In this document: positions 49,861 to 62,111 of the stretch, piece by piece
Numbering within the stretch: position 1 is the stretch's first letter
How the letters are laid out: each line of letters begins with the position of its first letter
NCBI GenBank assembly: GCA_030704615.1
Contig: CM060733.1
Coordinates: forward strand, 58,094,001-58,158,000
Direction of reading: 5' to 3'
DNA from: Takakia lepidozioides
Lineage: Eukaryota; Plantae; Bryophyta
Length of the DNA: 64,000 nucleotides
The notes under the pieces: generated by a model
What the model saw: only the letters and a program-made list of their open reading frames with translations
Database searches by the model: none
Told to the model about the DNA's origin: nothing
Made by a program: the position numbers and the translations under genes

Positions 49861-50680
49861 TCTCATTGTAGAATAATTGGGAGTTTAAGGCTCATGTGTG
49901 TGCAGGCAGCGGGCCCCATGCACGGACGTCGGGCCTTGGGTGGCCCCGCCGCGACCCATGACCCGGGCCGGATGGGTCTGCCGCGAGGATGGGTTTGTCA
50001 CCTGGCATGGTCTGCCGCGAGGTAGGGTCTGCAGGCCTTGACCCTAGGCGGCATTGGGGCTGCCTGCGGCTGTTTTCTAGGTTAAGAGAGAAAAAAATGT
50101 TGGGGTAGTAGCAAGTAGTGAGTAATGTGGTGGATGGGCACATTGAGTGGTACCTATGAGGTTGTGGGTTCAACTTTGGCTGTGCCAAATGTGTAGTAAT
50201 GATGGTTCCGATTTGTGTTGCACGTGTATTAATGACTGTTTTTTTGATGGGCGAGTTTTCCCGCAAAAATTTCGAAGTCCCGTGGGCGGGCTGCAGCGAG
50301 ACCATTTAGTTGGACCCAAGACCCGCGAGGAGACCCGACCTGCGAGCAATGAGCATACCCTGCCCTCGAGCCAGCCCCACAGACCCTACCCTCGAGCGGA
50401 CCCGACCTGACCTGTTAGTAAGTAGACCCGACCTGCCAATAGACCCAACCCCGCGAGGAGACCCGACCTGCGAGCAATGAGCATACCCTGCCCTCGAGCC
50501 AGCCCCACAGACCCTACCCTCGAGCGGACCCGACCTGACCTGTTAGTAAGTAGACCCGACCTGCCAATAGACACCTGCCAACAGACCTGGACCCTCCGTG
50601 TGGTTGCGGGGGCGCCCAACATACGTGCATTGGGCTCGCGCACACGTGCGCCTTAAACTCCCAATTATTCAAAAATGAGA
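49861..50680. mobile_element. Foldback/MITE-like element with long imperfect TIRs and an internal 128-bp tandem duplication, upstream of APX
   Basis: gaataattgggagtttaaggc (49871-49891) is the exact reverse complement of 50650-50670, and similarity extends on both sides. 50322-50443 is repeated at 50450-50571. No clear TSD. Confidence 0.7.
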
Positions 50681-51604
50681 GGATGTCAAATGTCATGGGC
50701 CCACCAAAAATGGGTTGTCCTTTAGGGGTTAAGCTTCAAAATTTTGTTTTCCATAAGTTGATCATTAACATAGATGTTACTTGGAGGTAGGCACATGATG
50801 GAAGTAGTTTTCAGCAAAGGACAGGAGGTGACACGTGGGAAAGGCACAACAGGGATAGGTAATCCACGGCACCAGGTCCCATGAGGCTTACCGTGCCTGG
50901 AGAACGCACATGCAATCCCCCGGCCAACGTTAGTAGGCTGGTTTTGCGTTTTACGCTTTCATCTCAGGATAGCACATCCAATGGAGCTCCTAAATTTGCC
51001 GGACAGTTTCTGGTAACCACCTACCCTACACTCCCCTACCTCTTCGTGTTCTCTCACATTTTGTTCATGTGCGGCTACCCCTTCAAATCAACTCTTCATC
51101 GTCTCCTCTTACCTTTCCAAATCTCTGTCTGCCATACCCGTTCATGAATTCGAAACCATCACGTAAACAAGAAGCATCGTGCGATGTTACCTGGATTATC
51201 TCACACATTCTAATTTTTGTAGTGCATTTTTCTGTTGTTCATCCTCTGTGTTCCTTAGTGCTTGTCGTCTTTTGCGGATGAGGTTGAAGTTGTTGTTTGT
51301 GGAAAATCTCCAGCGCGCTGCTTCCAGTTTTCTCTCTAGGAGTCATCCTTGTCACCTATGTGCAAATTGCATTCTCATGTAGGTGAGACAGCAATTTGAA
51401 TGTTAGCAAAATCTCCTGTAAAATCACTGCTAGGCTGCCTGTGGTCTAGTTGGAATCATCTTCATATGTGAAACTGGTGCTTGCGAGGTCAAAAAGCTCG
51501 GTGTTTTCGATTTTGAGTTCTCTGAGCATGATGACCGACGACACTCCTGGTTGAGTTTCCTAGCTTTCACTGCTCCGGCAGCATTCTTTACGTAAACAAC
51601 CACA

Positions 51605-54600
51605 ATGTTCCAATCCTGTACCAGATGTCTAACGGGTTATCCATCAGTGAGCAAGGAGTACCACAATGCTGTGGAGAGGGCCCGCAGGAAGCTGCGTGGT
51701 TTTATTGCGGGTATGTTTCTAGATTATGCTCTCAAGCTCTCGTTTGCGCAACTTAATGTCTTGCTAATTCTGTGGAGATTGTCATGACTCGAGAGGCTCT
51801 TTCATGACTGTGCTTAACAGATGATCTACCTAGTGAAAATTGAAGTCCCTTTTAAGTTTGAGAGGGGCATCCTTGAGGCACAACGGTCTCTGAGAAGGTT
51901 TTGAGCCTTGGAATGAGGTCATATGCCTAAATATGTCGGTTGTCATGTGGCAGAAAAAAATTGTGCTCCCCTCGTCCTGCGCCTTGCGTAAGTTTCTGAT
52001 TCACCGTTGTTTTCCTTGTTAGTTCACTCATAGTATCATATTCAATTTAGAGCTTAATATAATGTTACTCCTGGGGCTTGCAGATAAATCGGACATTATA
52101 TTTGGGTAAACACAGAGCTCAGTTTTGTTGATGTTTGTCTATGAAATATTCACTTTGACTGATCCTTTGTGTTTCTTGTAACAGATGGCACTCGTCTGGG
52201 ACATTTGATTGCCAATCGAAGACTGGTGGACCGTTTGGCACCATAAGGCTTCCTGCTGAAGCGAAACATGCAGCCAGCGCTGGCCTTGAAATTGCCATCA
52301 AGCTGCTTCAACCTATCAAGGACGACTTCCCCATTTTGTCCTATGGAGATTTTTACCAGGTAATATTGGGTACAAAGTAGCCCGTTAATGGAGTTGTTAG
52401 TCATTTTGTGCTCCATTCATTTTCGCTTGGGGTTTCCATATTTCGCAGTATGCTGTTGGTACTAAGATGTGGAGAACTCATTGCTTGTTGAGAAAGTTCT
52501 CGGAGTAACTCTTTGTGTTTGTATCGTAGCTTGCTGGAGTTGTTTCAGTGGAAGTTACTGGTGGTCCTGCTGTTCCTTTCCACCCAGGAAGGAAGGTACA
52601 GTAGTGCTTCTTGTCCTGGCCGTTATGCTATATACAGGTTTGTTCAAGGTACCCTATTCTTTGCAGAGGTATGCGGTAGATTTGAGCATCATCTTGCTAA
52701 GGGAAGTATGGGGATTATCTTGTTTTCCCAATTCTGTGCTGCTTACTTTTCCGGATAGCTGTTAAGCTTCTTGTAAGGAGCCAAAAGGTTTCTGCCTTCC
52801 TGTACCTCTTCGACCACTTTCCTACCCAGCAGCACTCGGGACTAATCATATGAGGTGATGGATATGCATTCCCATGTCATACCCGCCCAAGGATGGGTGG
52901 GGGGTGTGCTGTTTGGCAATTGGTCTTGAAAATCTATCATATGCAGGCGGTGCTGCATCATCTACCTATGGCTTGTTCTGATAGGTGACTCTGGTATGAC
53001 CAGGATTCGCTTGTAGTCCCTCCAGAAGGCCGGCTCCCTGATCCCAGCAAAGGTACTTGTCATGAGTTATGAGTGTTCTCTGGTGGAGGAATTTTAGCCG
53101 AAAGAGGTTGGTTTCAGTGAACATATGGTTGTGATGTCTAAGTGTATATTCAAGAGTGTCATGAAAGCACAGTGTTACTGTAGTGTGCAGAGCTTATCGT
53201 TTAAGAGGAATTCCCCCAACAAGGAAAGCTTGTGGCTACCCATGCCTGACTGCTATGGTTATGGAGGATGGAACCTAACATAGTTTGCTTTCAAATCTTC
53301 ATTATCCAGGCGCAGACCACCTTCGTGAGGTGTTTACAAAATACGGTCTGACTGATAAAGACATTGTAGCCCTTTCTGGTGCGCATACTCTTGTGAGTTG
53401 CCTTCCATACGCTTGAATGTATATGCATCTTGGTCCATACGAATCCTGAGACTGCACTTCACTGTGACTGTCAAGCATTGCATAAGTTACTCTTAACCTG
53501 AGACCTCTCTAGCAAGCTTTCTTGCAGTTTAAAGAATGCACTGACTGCTTCATAGGCCTATGATCCCATGAGCAGTGTTTGTTTTCCAGTTCATTGTTTC
53601 ATCTCTGTAAGAACATTTTCCTCCTTTCTTATTTTTGCTTGTTAAGCTTGTAAATGTGTGGCATTGGGGTTGCCTGCCTGGAACCTTCAAACAAGTCTTC
53701 TGTAGGTTGATTTTTGTACAGATTCGGCTAACCGGTGACCCACTCAGGGAAAGCTCAAAGGATTGCACTGAAGTAGAATATCCGTTGGAATATTGGCATT
53801 GTGACATGAGGAAGTAGTGGGGCACCTGCCAGTTTAAGGAATTAACCCATTACTTGTATTCCATAATGGGACATAGGTCAAAGTTACTCATGAGGGACAC
53901 TGTGTTATCGTGCAGGGCAGTGTGCACTGTAAGGTAGTAGAAACCTGTCAGCATTTTATTGCATATGAGAAACTCTTTCCTTTGGCAATGGCAGGGGAGA
54001 TGCCACAAGGAACGCTCGACCTTTGAGGGTCCATGGACTTCAAATCCCCTCCTGTTTGACAATTCTTACTTCAAGTATGTGGTCATCAATCTCTGCTAGT
54101 CGTTCATAATCTAATCATGTGTGCTCCCCACTTGTGCCCCCCCTCATCCTGGTATAGTGGTTGCTTGCTTTGTTCCAATAGTACCACTGTGTGCTCAGCT
54201 CCTAGATACCTTCATTTAAGAAAGATAGCTCAAATGACATCCTGTATGTGTCATTTTGGAGACATATGCATGTGTCTCTTTGCAGCCGGTAGTTGTCACC
54301 ATGTTAATAAGCCTCTGCATGAAGGACAGTGGAGATGAGCATGATTTGTCTGTACTCTGTCGGAGTCCTTGGTTTTTGGGGCTTTTCATAAGGCTTTTGT
54401 TGGGATGGTCAGGGAATTGTTGGCTGGTCCTAAGGAAGGACTTTTGCAGCTTCCAACTGACAGTGCACTCGTAAAGGACCCCACTATGCGCAAATTGGTT
54501 GAGCTATATGCTCAGGTATGGCCAATCCTTTCCCTGCTGGCAGTGCTCTTATATACAGTTTTGTGTATTTTTCTGTGTTCATCTGGGGTGCTGTTGTAGC

Positions 54601-55337
54601 CCACACATCCGACTGATCTAAGTCGATATATCAATCTGCCGCTGTTCATGTGGACACCGCACAGGAACTGCTGTCTGCTTTGTATTGATGAGTCCTTGAG
54701 GCCATGGACCCAAGGCCAAGGGGCTACTTCCCACCATTCTCAGTTCAGTGTGTGATTGACATTTGTCCAACTACCCTTGTGCTTGGTGTGAGGGGTACAG
54801 AGTACTGCTCCTTTGTTAAGAATTTCACTGGAAGATGTAGAAACTTGAAACTCATGGCAACCTTCGGTCTTTAGCATAATCTTGATATCTTGGTTGGCTA
54901 ATTTGCGTGCAATCTTGGTTCAGCATCAAGTAACCACCTCTGCAATTTGTGCATGACAGGATGAGGGGAAGTTCTTTGAAGATTATGCTGTTTCCCACAT
55001 GAAATTGTCAGAACTTGGGTATGTTTTGTGTGATGTCATACATATGTGAGACTACAGCCATGTGAATGATGGAGGGATAGAAAGAAACAACAGAACTTTG
55101 TACTATCTGCAGGCAGCCCAGTGAGCTTATAGGATGAGTGGAATATACACCGAAAACTACATTTGAGCCCTTTACTCTGCCACCAAGAGCGTACTCATAG
55201 AAAAATAGAGAAATAGGGGGCTAATTGACCTTAGAGAGAGCAGATTGTGATATCGGATATCACCCTGTAGTGTAGTGTAAATTTTAAAGGTGAGGAGTCA
55301 TAACTCCCCAAGAAATGTGTCTTGCAGGTTCCCCTGA
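51605..55337 (+). CDS. APX: L-ascorbate peroxidase, cytosolic type, 10 coding exons, ~254 aa
   Basis: Exons 51605-51710, 51954-51987, 52185-52359, 52530-52595, 53004-53052, 53310-53392, 53995-54074, 54413-54515, 54960-55018 and 55328-55337 join in phase. Motifs: [15 protein letters not shown] (distal Arg/Trp/His), [15 protein letters not shown] (proximal His, Arg172), GPWT, LLQLPTD, KLSELGFP-stop; no transmembrane tail. The start codon is uncertain. Confidence 0.93.
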
Positions 55338-55801
55338 GGTGCATGGAGACCAACATGGTTCCGCGATCACAGGATTTGTAGATGTAACACATTAGTAGAG
55401 TAGTTGTATATTACAACATCCTGCTCAGCATCAGTCACATGTTACGAAGTTACCTTTTCTCCAATTTCTTTTCCAAGAGGGCATGAGGTGATGTGTTGCA
55501 TCTGACACCCTTGCTTGTTTCTAAGATGGTATTTTATCAGTTATCAATTTCCACCTCTCTTCAGACTTTAGACATTAGAAGTTCGAGCTAATGTTTTCGG
55601 TGATTGGTTTAGTACAAATTGCTGGAACAAGGCTCTGTCACTCTCAAGAGTTCTCATTTTTGGTACAGCAACATTCCTTTGAATATTGAGGAGCCCTGGG
55701 CTTACACTAGTATCTGCTGCTGCAGACAGGGAGAAAGAACTGCGCATGGATCCCATGTCATGAGGAAATTCCTCCCAAGTGAGAGCCCTGCCCTCTCATA
55801 T

Positions 55802-56930
55802 CTAGGGGATGTAATACATGGGGTTGGGAATTTTGAATGTTTGGTTCCAGCAGGCCCTGTAATGTCACTCCATTGGTCACCCACAGATGTCCCAATGCGG
55901 TAGCCCTTCTGTTTAAGGTCCAAAGCGTCTCTTTGACTTGTAAGCCAAAGCCTTAGCTCCCGTGTCCACTGATGACACTCAGATGTGATTCTACACAAAC
56001 ATGTGTAAGTAACGACTCTGGTATGCTTATGAAAATTCCTCTTGGGCCTTGAGAGATGTGCGCAGTGGCAGCAAACAAAACTACCCGGAAATTTACCTGA
56101 GAATCAAGGAGGTCCAGGAATCGTAGCCTGCAGCTACAAGATTTTCCGTGGTGATGTTTCGCTGGCTTTCCGGTTCCGGTGATGAAGATGATGCCCCAGT
56201 TGTCGGCTTTAAGTGCCTTGAAAAGACTCAGAACAGCAGGGAGGGCAGGCCTTGTCGCTCTGTCCACATATGCATTGAACTAGTTGAACGCTTCGCTTCT
56301 GTACAGATGGACAGTTCGTCAACAAATCTGAGTCTCCCAATGTACACACTCAGTCCCTTTCCTTGGTTGATGGCCCCATTGTTGCCTATACGAAAACTTC
56401 ACTACCTCAAATGAGGCGTTCCACTGAATGCATGTGTATTGGCGTTGGAATGGTGGTACGGGGTACCCATATTTGAGATCACGGTAGTTTGGCAGATTGG
56501 AGGGCCATCTCGTTGACATCGAAAATGACAACGTCCAACCCATCACCCTTGAGAACCACTGTTTTCACGTAGTCTTCAGCAGGTGCAGCAACGCCCTCGG
56601 AATCCGCATTATACTGGCCGTTGTCCATATAGAGAGCCACAAAGCCCTCACATTCTGGATGACAGACCACCCCTGCAGCAGTCATGGTACAAGTCGTCAT
56701 GGCTCGACACTCGGTTGTTGTATACAGAACTTCGAACCTCGAAATCTCTAAAAGGAGCAAGTGCTGTGTGTAGCCCCAAGGCTTTGAGAGTACCTGCATG
56801 TTGCTGACTTGGCTGTTCTAGAGGAAGCTGGAGCACTGAGTCTTTCTGCAAATGGCGTTCAATTCCGCATTGATTCCCCTTGCAAGCTCGATACTGGATC
56901 GCCAAAGAAACATGGCTATGGCAAGCCGCG
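55802..56930 (-). pseudogene. HAD class IIIB (plant acid phosphatase/VSP family) pseudogene
   Basis: CEGFVALYMDNGQYNADS...DGLDVVIFDVNE, SNLPNY, WGIIFITG, ENLVAAGYDSWTSLIL, GYRIGTSVGDQWSDI and FKIPNPMYYIP-stop. Several frameshifts; the second Asp of the DxD motif is replaced by Asn. Confidence 0.82.
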
Positions 56931-58518
56931 AGCTAACGAGCTAACGAGTGAGAACTAACTTCACCTTGAGACGTGGAACACCAGAGTATATCCAGCCATA
57001 TTATTGGGGCTCCGACCAGATGTTTAACTGCAAGGTTACCACTTTGAAGTTCGATGAAGACCTGGCCAACTGCATAAGTCAGAGCCCCACTTCTACTTTA
57101 GTCTCGGTCGGAAACGAGAGAAACGACATCTCGTTCTTGAGACTTTCGATTGGCGAATGACCACAGCTTTCTCAGTCGGATTCCCGTACCTGCGACACCG
57201 TACACGCAGTGCGGCGCTGCCATACCAACTGAGATTGCAAGGAATTGCCTTATTCACCACCTCCACCCTGAGCTGGGCTCAAAAGGTAGACCTCTCTAAC
57301 CCTGGACTAGAACCCCTCCAACTGCTCCACACTGTCTCATATCGGATGCTCGTCTTAAGTCGATTCCATGCCTCCCTCTTTGAAATGTCAGCAATAATGA
57401 AGCGGAATAGTTTCTCTCCAGGATTGATGACGTTGAAATAGGATCCGAAGCTGGTATGCCAACGACACAATCACTTATACCTACAGGTGAAAGGAATGAG
57501 AGGGAGATGTCTCTAAACTCCGACCGGTATTGAAACTTTAGGTCCCCTTCAGGTTTTAGAGAAATTTACTTGTTGGGCGGGAGACGCTAAACATTTGCTT
57601 CACCGTCTGAGGAACTACCGAGTTGGAGTTTGAGAGTAGGGGAATCCTTCTCACAGCTGAAATTACTTCAGTTCAATACCAGCCCAGAGTTTCCACATCG
57701 AAAGAAGTGGGCGGATGGCATATACAGCGTGACTACATGTAGAATATTTGAAATCACTTCTGATTTTTGGCAGTGCTTACTCACGATAAAAGGAGTATCC
57801 GCTTCCCTCTCCTCCCTCCTTTTTGCAGTGCTTACTCACGTCAAACGAAGTATCAACTTCCCTCTCCTCCCCAGAAATCTTGTATTTTATGAATCCTCAT
57901 GAAACAATCCTTAGGTTTAAGGAATAATCCTAAGAAACACTTTTTCTTTTTTTCTTTTTTGTTTTTTTTGCTCCAGAGGGGACAGACTCCAGAGGCCCTC
58001 AAAAAATTTATTAATAGGGGAAAAAATTAAACCCCAAGAGAGCCATGAAGCATCCACACTGCGAGCAGCGAGGGCGACCCCCAGAGAGACAGAAATACCA
58101 GCCAAGGCTGAAGAAATCAAGAGGGCCATGGCGACCCCTTAGTATTTGTCATTTTTGCTATTTTGTGTAGCTAGTTCTAAAAAAGTAAACGTTTCTTGAT
58201 ATTTTTCAGACAAAGACAAAGTTGGGGAAAACTTATCCATTCGTTTCCAGAAAATTAACCTTAGATATATAGTTTTATATGTTCTTTTCATACATGACCC
58301 TTTCTTTCAATTACCCTGCATTTGTCCCCTGACAACACTTAGTCAGCTGCATTCTTCACACACGTCTATAGCAATTGACGTGGCACCAGCATCATCACAA
58401 AGTGTTTCGGACGACAATATGGATGTCCTGCTGACGATCTTTCACTCTCACAACAGCAAGAGTTCCTCTAACAATATGATATCTGGTCACTCTTTTACTC
58501 TTCCTCCTCTTACTAATA

Positions 58519-58760
58519 ATCCTACAAATGAAGCAAAAATGGCACCCATAGAAGGAACATAATGGAAATGTGCAACCGCATAATAAGTATCAAGTAGAGC
58601 TATGTCTAGCCCGGAAGTTGCCACTACTATTCTAGTAAGAGTAGAGTAGGTGCCCTTACTGGGAGGGGTGTGTTGAAATCCGGGGTTCCTTTGCACTTTC
58701 AGTGCACCTCTCTCGTAACCGTACATGACAGTTTTCCCATCACACGGCTTGCACGCTCGT
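58519..58760 (-). other. cox1: NUMT: mitochondrial cox1 exon fragment joined to the 3' end of a group II intron
   Basis: Exon 58640-58519 reads [38 protein letters not shown]. Upstream lie domain V (aagccgtgtgatgggaaaactgtcatgtacggtt) and domain VI ending cctactctac at 58641. Confidence 0.88.
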
Positions 58761-59711
58761 CGAATTTTCTTGTTCAATTTCATGTTGGAGAGATAAGTAT
58801 TTGTGTGTGTGTTTTTTTTTCCTGGTTGTTTTTGGTAAGAAAGAAACTGGGAGCCGATGTGCATTTCTTCCTCTCTCCATTCAATTATTCAAAAGCTAGT
58901 TGTCTATCTCTGTTGTTCCCTCTATTTAATTCCCAAATCAGATCTTTGTTTATAATTTAATAAAAATGAAAAGTTTCCAATCTATGCTACTCCCTATGAC
59001 GATTGAAATTGATTCGAATTTAGGATTAAATTTACATATTTTTTCCTTTCCAGTGATTGAGATTTGGAATAATGACTGGTTGAGCATATCCATGCGGTTA
59101 TGCACCATATTGATTATTGTCATTGATTAGATCAGGAATCAGTTTTTTGAGAAATATTACTTGGCCTTCTTGCTTGGCCCAAAGAAGTGGACATTGCTAA
59201 ATGCGGACGTCATGTCAGTGCAACACGAGTGGTGTGAGAGAAATCCAGCACATAGGTGACGCACATCCTCACTGGAATGAGCTGTTCAAAAGCGAAAACA
59301 TACTACTTAAATGTGGCCCCAGCCGAGAGTCTATCCAAATCACATGCTAATTCCCTTTGCAATAAACATAACAGCATCAAATTTCGAGGATCTGCAGTGT
59401 GCAACACATCACAAAGGAAAGCATGGGCTCCTTGCCCAAGGCTCTACAGTGGTGTGAAAATTATAAAACACGTGTAATATTAATATTACTGAAATAAAGG
59501 TAATATTAAATAGCCACATTGACACTCATAAATTAGGTGACAGCTTGATAAGTCCTTAGTGATTCATTGGTTTGATAAATGGACATAGCAAGCTTAAGCC
59601 ATTAGGTGTAGGCGCAATGAAGTTGAAAGTAAATAATATAGTTGTTTCTATTCGACCCAAAACCCCCAGAGACACCCAACGGAATGAACTTCAATGACCA
59701 AGCACTTATGC

Positions 59712-59801
59712 TGTTTTTTTTCATAGTAGGCTCTTATTGGAATAATATTGGCCAATTCCGGGCTGGAAATTGCTCTACATGATACTTCTTATGCGGTTGC
59801 C
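59712..59801 (+). other. cox1: Second NUMT-like cox1 fragment, opposite orientation
   Basis: LIGIILANSGLEIALHDTSYAVA, preceded by an FFFIVG-like sequence. Confidence 0.75.
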
Positions 59802-60534
59802 GCCCCTACTGAAGTACACCGAGAATCAACGGTGATAGGGAGCCCCTAGGGGGGGATGGGGGTGAATGACCTGTGGTTGCCGACTCATGGTGGTTAGGCT
59901 TAGAGGGCACTGAACAGGTTGGGCGGGTTGACAGGGATGATACCTACAAGGATGGTAATCCCGGCGATAGAGATATACATCCAGGGATGAATGGAAAACC
60001 TCCAGTAGGAAAGGGTTCTGATTCGAGGCTTGTATGCAGCAATCAAGATCCTGGGGGAGGTCAATAAGTTTCTTGTATGTCTCATCAATAAAACACTTAT
60101 GTATACTGTCAGCTGAAAAACGATCTAACTGGGGAAGGCACAATAGGGGCTTAGCGATTTTTGACGCTGATGCGTAGTCTTCTCTTTAGAATAGAGCCAA
60201 TAAAACCCCAAATAGCCATTAAGCATACACACACAAACTGATCGGATGGCCTTTTTTTATTTTTTAAGAAAGAGAGGACATAGGCTTGTGATTGAATTAA
60301 TAATGCAGGGCAAACATAACCTTGCTAAAAAGCCACAGTTTTTCTTTTTTAACAACTTAACAAACAAATATGAATAATTGTATAAAAGATTCTTACATAC
60401 ATTTGAATTTTGAAAAGTTGTAGCATAGAGTTGGCATAGGTCCCTAATACCACGTCATCATTGTTTGCTGTCGAAACTGCCCGAACTTCAGGAGAGAAAA
60501 AAACAAACTAAAACAAAAAAATTGTGTTGTTTCC

Positions 60535-60570
<36 letters not shown>
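60535..60570. repeat. (TA)n microsatellite
   Basis: Direct TA run. Confidence 0.95.
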
Positions 60571-60572
<2 letters not shown>

Positions 60573-60799
60573 TAAAACAAAAACAAAACACCCACACATG
60601 ATGGCAAACGGAACTAGCGTAAACAAGAGCCTGTTCATGGGGGTGATGCCGCCTTTCGGGGGTGGACTCTATAGCAGGTATCTATAATGTAACCAGCTGG
60701 CCACTTTCAATTTTGCGTTGGTTAAGGATATCTATAAACGATTTGATAGCTGTAAAGTGGAGGGATTGGAGAAATTACCAGTGACCATATGAGGGTTGA

Positions 60800-62111
60800 C
60801 ATAGGATACAAGCCTTGTTGAACACCACCTCTAGCACCTACAGTAACAATAGTCAATCCATTATTGTGCGGCATGCCATCCATGCATATGAGGAGCACTG
60901 ATTAATGGTCCATATTTTGTGTGTTTGCTGAATATCAATTGGTTTGACTAACAGTCAAGGCAAACTGTACACTCAATAATATGAATAGTAAAAGAGTGAC
61001 ATGGTCCTATAGGCTGTGTGGAGACAATCGGGAGCCCCTGGACTAGCAGTATTTCAGAGCAAATGCGTCGTATGTATAGGCATGGGTAAGGTCTAAAGGC
61101 ACGTACACTAGGGGAGCAGCAAGTGGGGATTGTATGGTATGGTGGGTGACCCTAGAATGTACCCCCAAATAGTTGAACCATTTGGAGTTAAATGTGTGAT
61201 AGGAGAAGTTTTGGAAGTTGTCATACTCCTTAATTGTGTCAAGTTCGGAGACCATTTATGGTGGGACGATTGCAATGTGTGGCCATGAGTCCAGTGACGG
61301 GGGTTGAGCATGGACATTGTGCAATGTTTACGTGGGTACAATACGGGCCAAAATAGGTTACGCCTCTCGTTATATATATATATATTACCCTATATGTGTA
61401 TAGTGTTTGTCAGATTTGGGCATCACTTATGACATTCGATGTCCAGAAACGGATAGGCTATGAAGGAGGTGGAGACTCAACTCACTTAGATATATATGAG
61501 TTTTTGTGTAGGTAGGAGAGGCTTGGATTTGCTCTTTTCGTTTCTCCTAGGATGGAAGTTTACAAGTTTCTTATGGGCCAATTCCTGGGAATCTAGCTTT
61601 TGTAGAGGATAACCAGAAAGGGATGGTATGTAAAATGTGTATTGGGTCACTCAAGGGTTGTGATGTGGATTGTATGGCTCCTAGTTGTGCCAGTTGGTCT
61701 GCCACATCATTGCTTGGAACACCTATATGAAATTGAACTTTGTGTAGGTGTATTTGCAAGTATGAAGAGGAGATGACGTTGATGATTGTTTTTCGGAGAT
61801 TTTGATTCAGGTGATGTATTTGTGATGATGGTTTCATGTTTTGGTTTATAAGTAGGTAAAGAAAGACCAGACTGTCCGAAAAAAATGTAATAGATATCTT
61901 GGTTATAGTGCTTTATAACATCTTGAATGGCCATGAGTTCCACCCAACGTAGGATGTTTCGACAACCTAGGAAGCAGTTATGTATTTGCGTGTTAGTGCC
62001 AACATTGTAGGTACTATAGCATGCATGTGCATCTTTGCGAGATCCATCCATATAAATGCATTGAATGGGTTTAGGATGCGATGGAGCTATATTTTGGGAT
62101 TGATAAGACAT
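60800..62111 (-). mobile_element. Decayed non-LTR retrotransposon 3' region: RNase H + CCHC-like knuckle + restriction-like endonuclease (Dualen/RandI-like order)
   Basis: RNase H: IYMDGS, VELMAI, FSDSL, HKVQFHIGVPSNDVADQLA. Then QCP...DSWPHI. Then SEILLVQGLP...IHIIECTVCLD...SKHTKYGPLI...HGW...IVTVGARG. Confidence 0.7.

Noticed and set aside
479-55337. Redox/detoxification gene cluster (XDH, GLX1, APX)
   Set aside because: The genes are separated by unrelated genes and TE debris, act in different pathways and show no shared element; chance adjacency is sufficient.
56950-57850. Complex sequence with short ORFs upstream of the phosphatase pseudogene
   Set aside because: No recognisable protein motifs in the frames examined.
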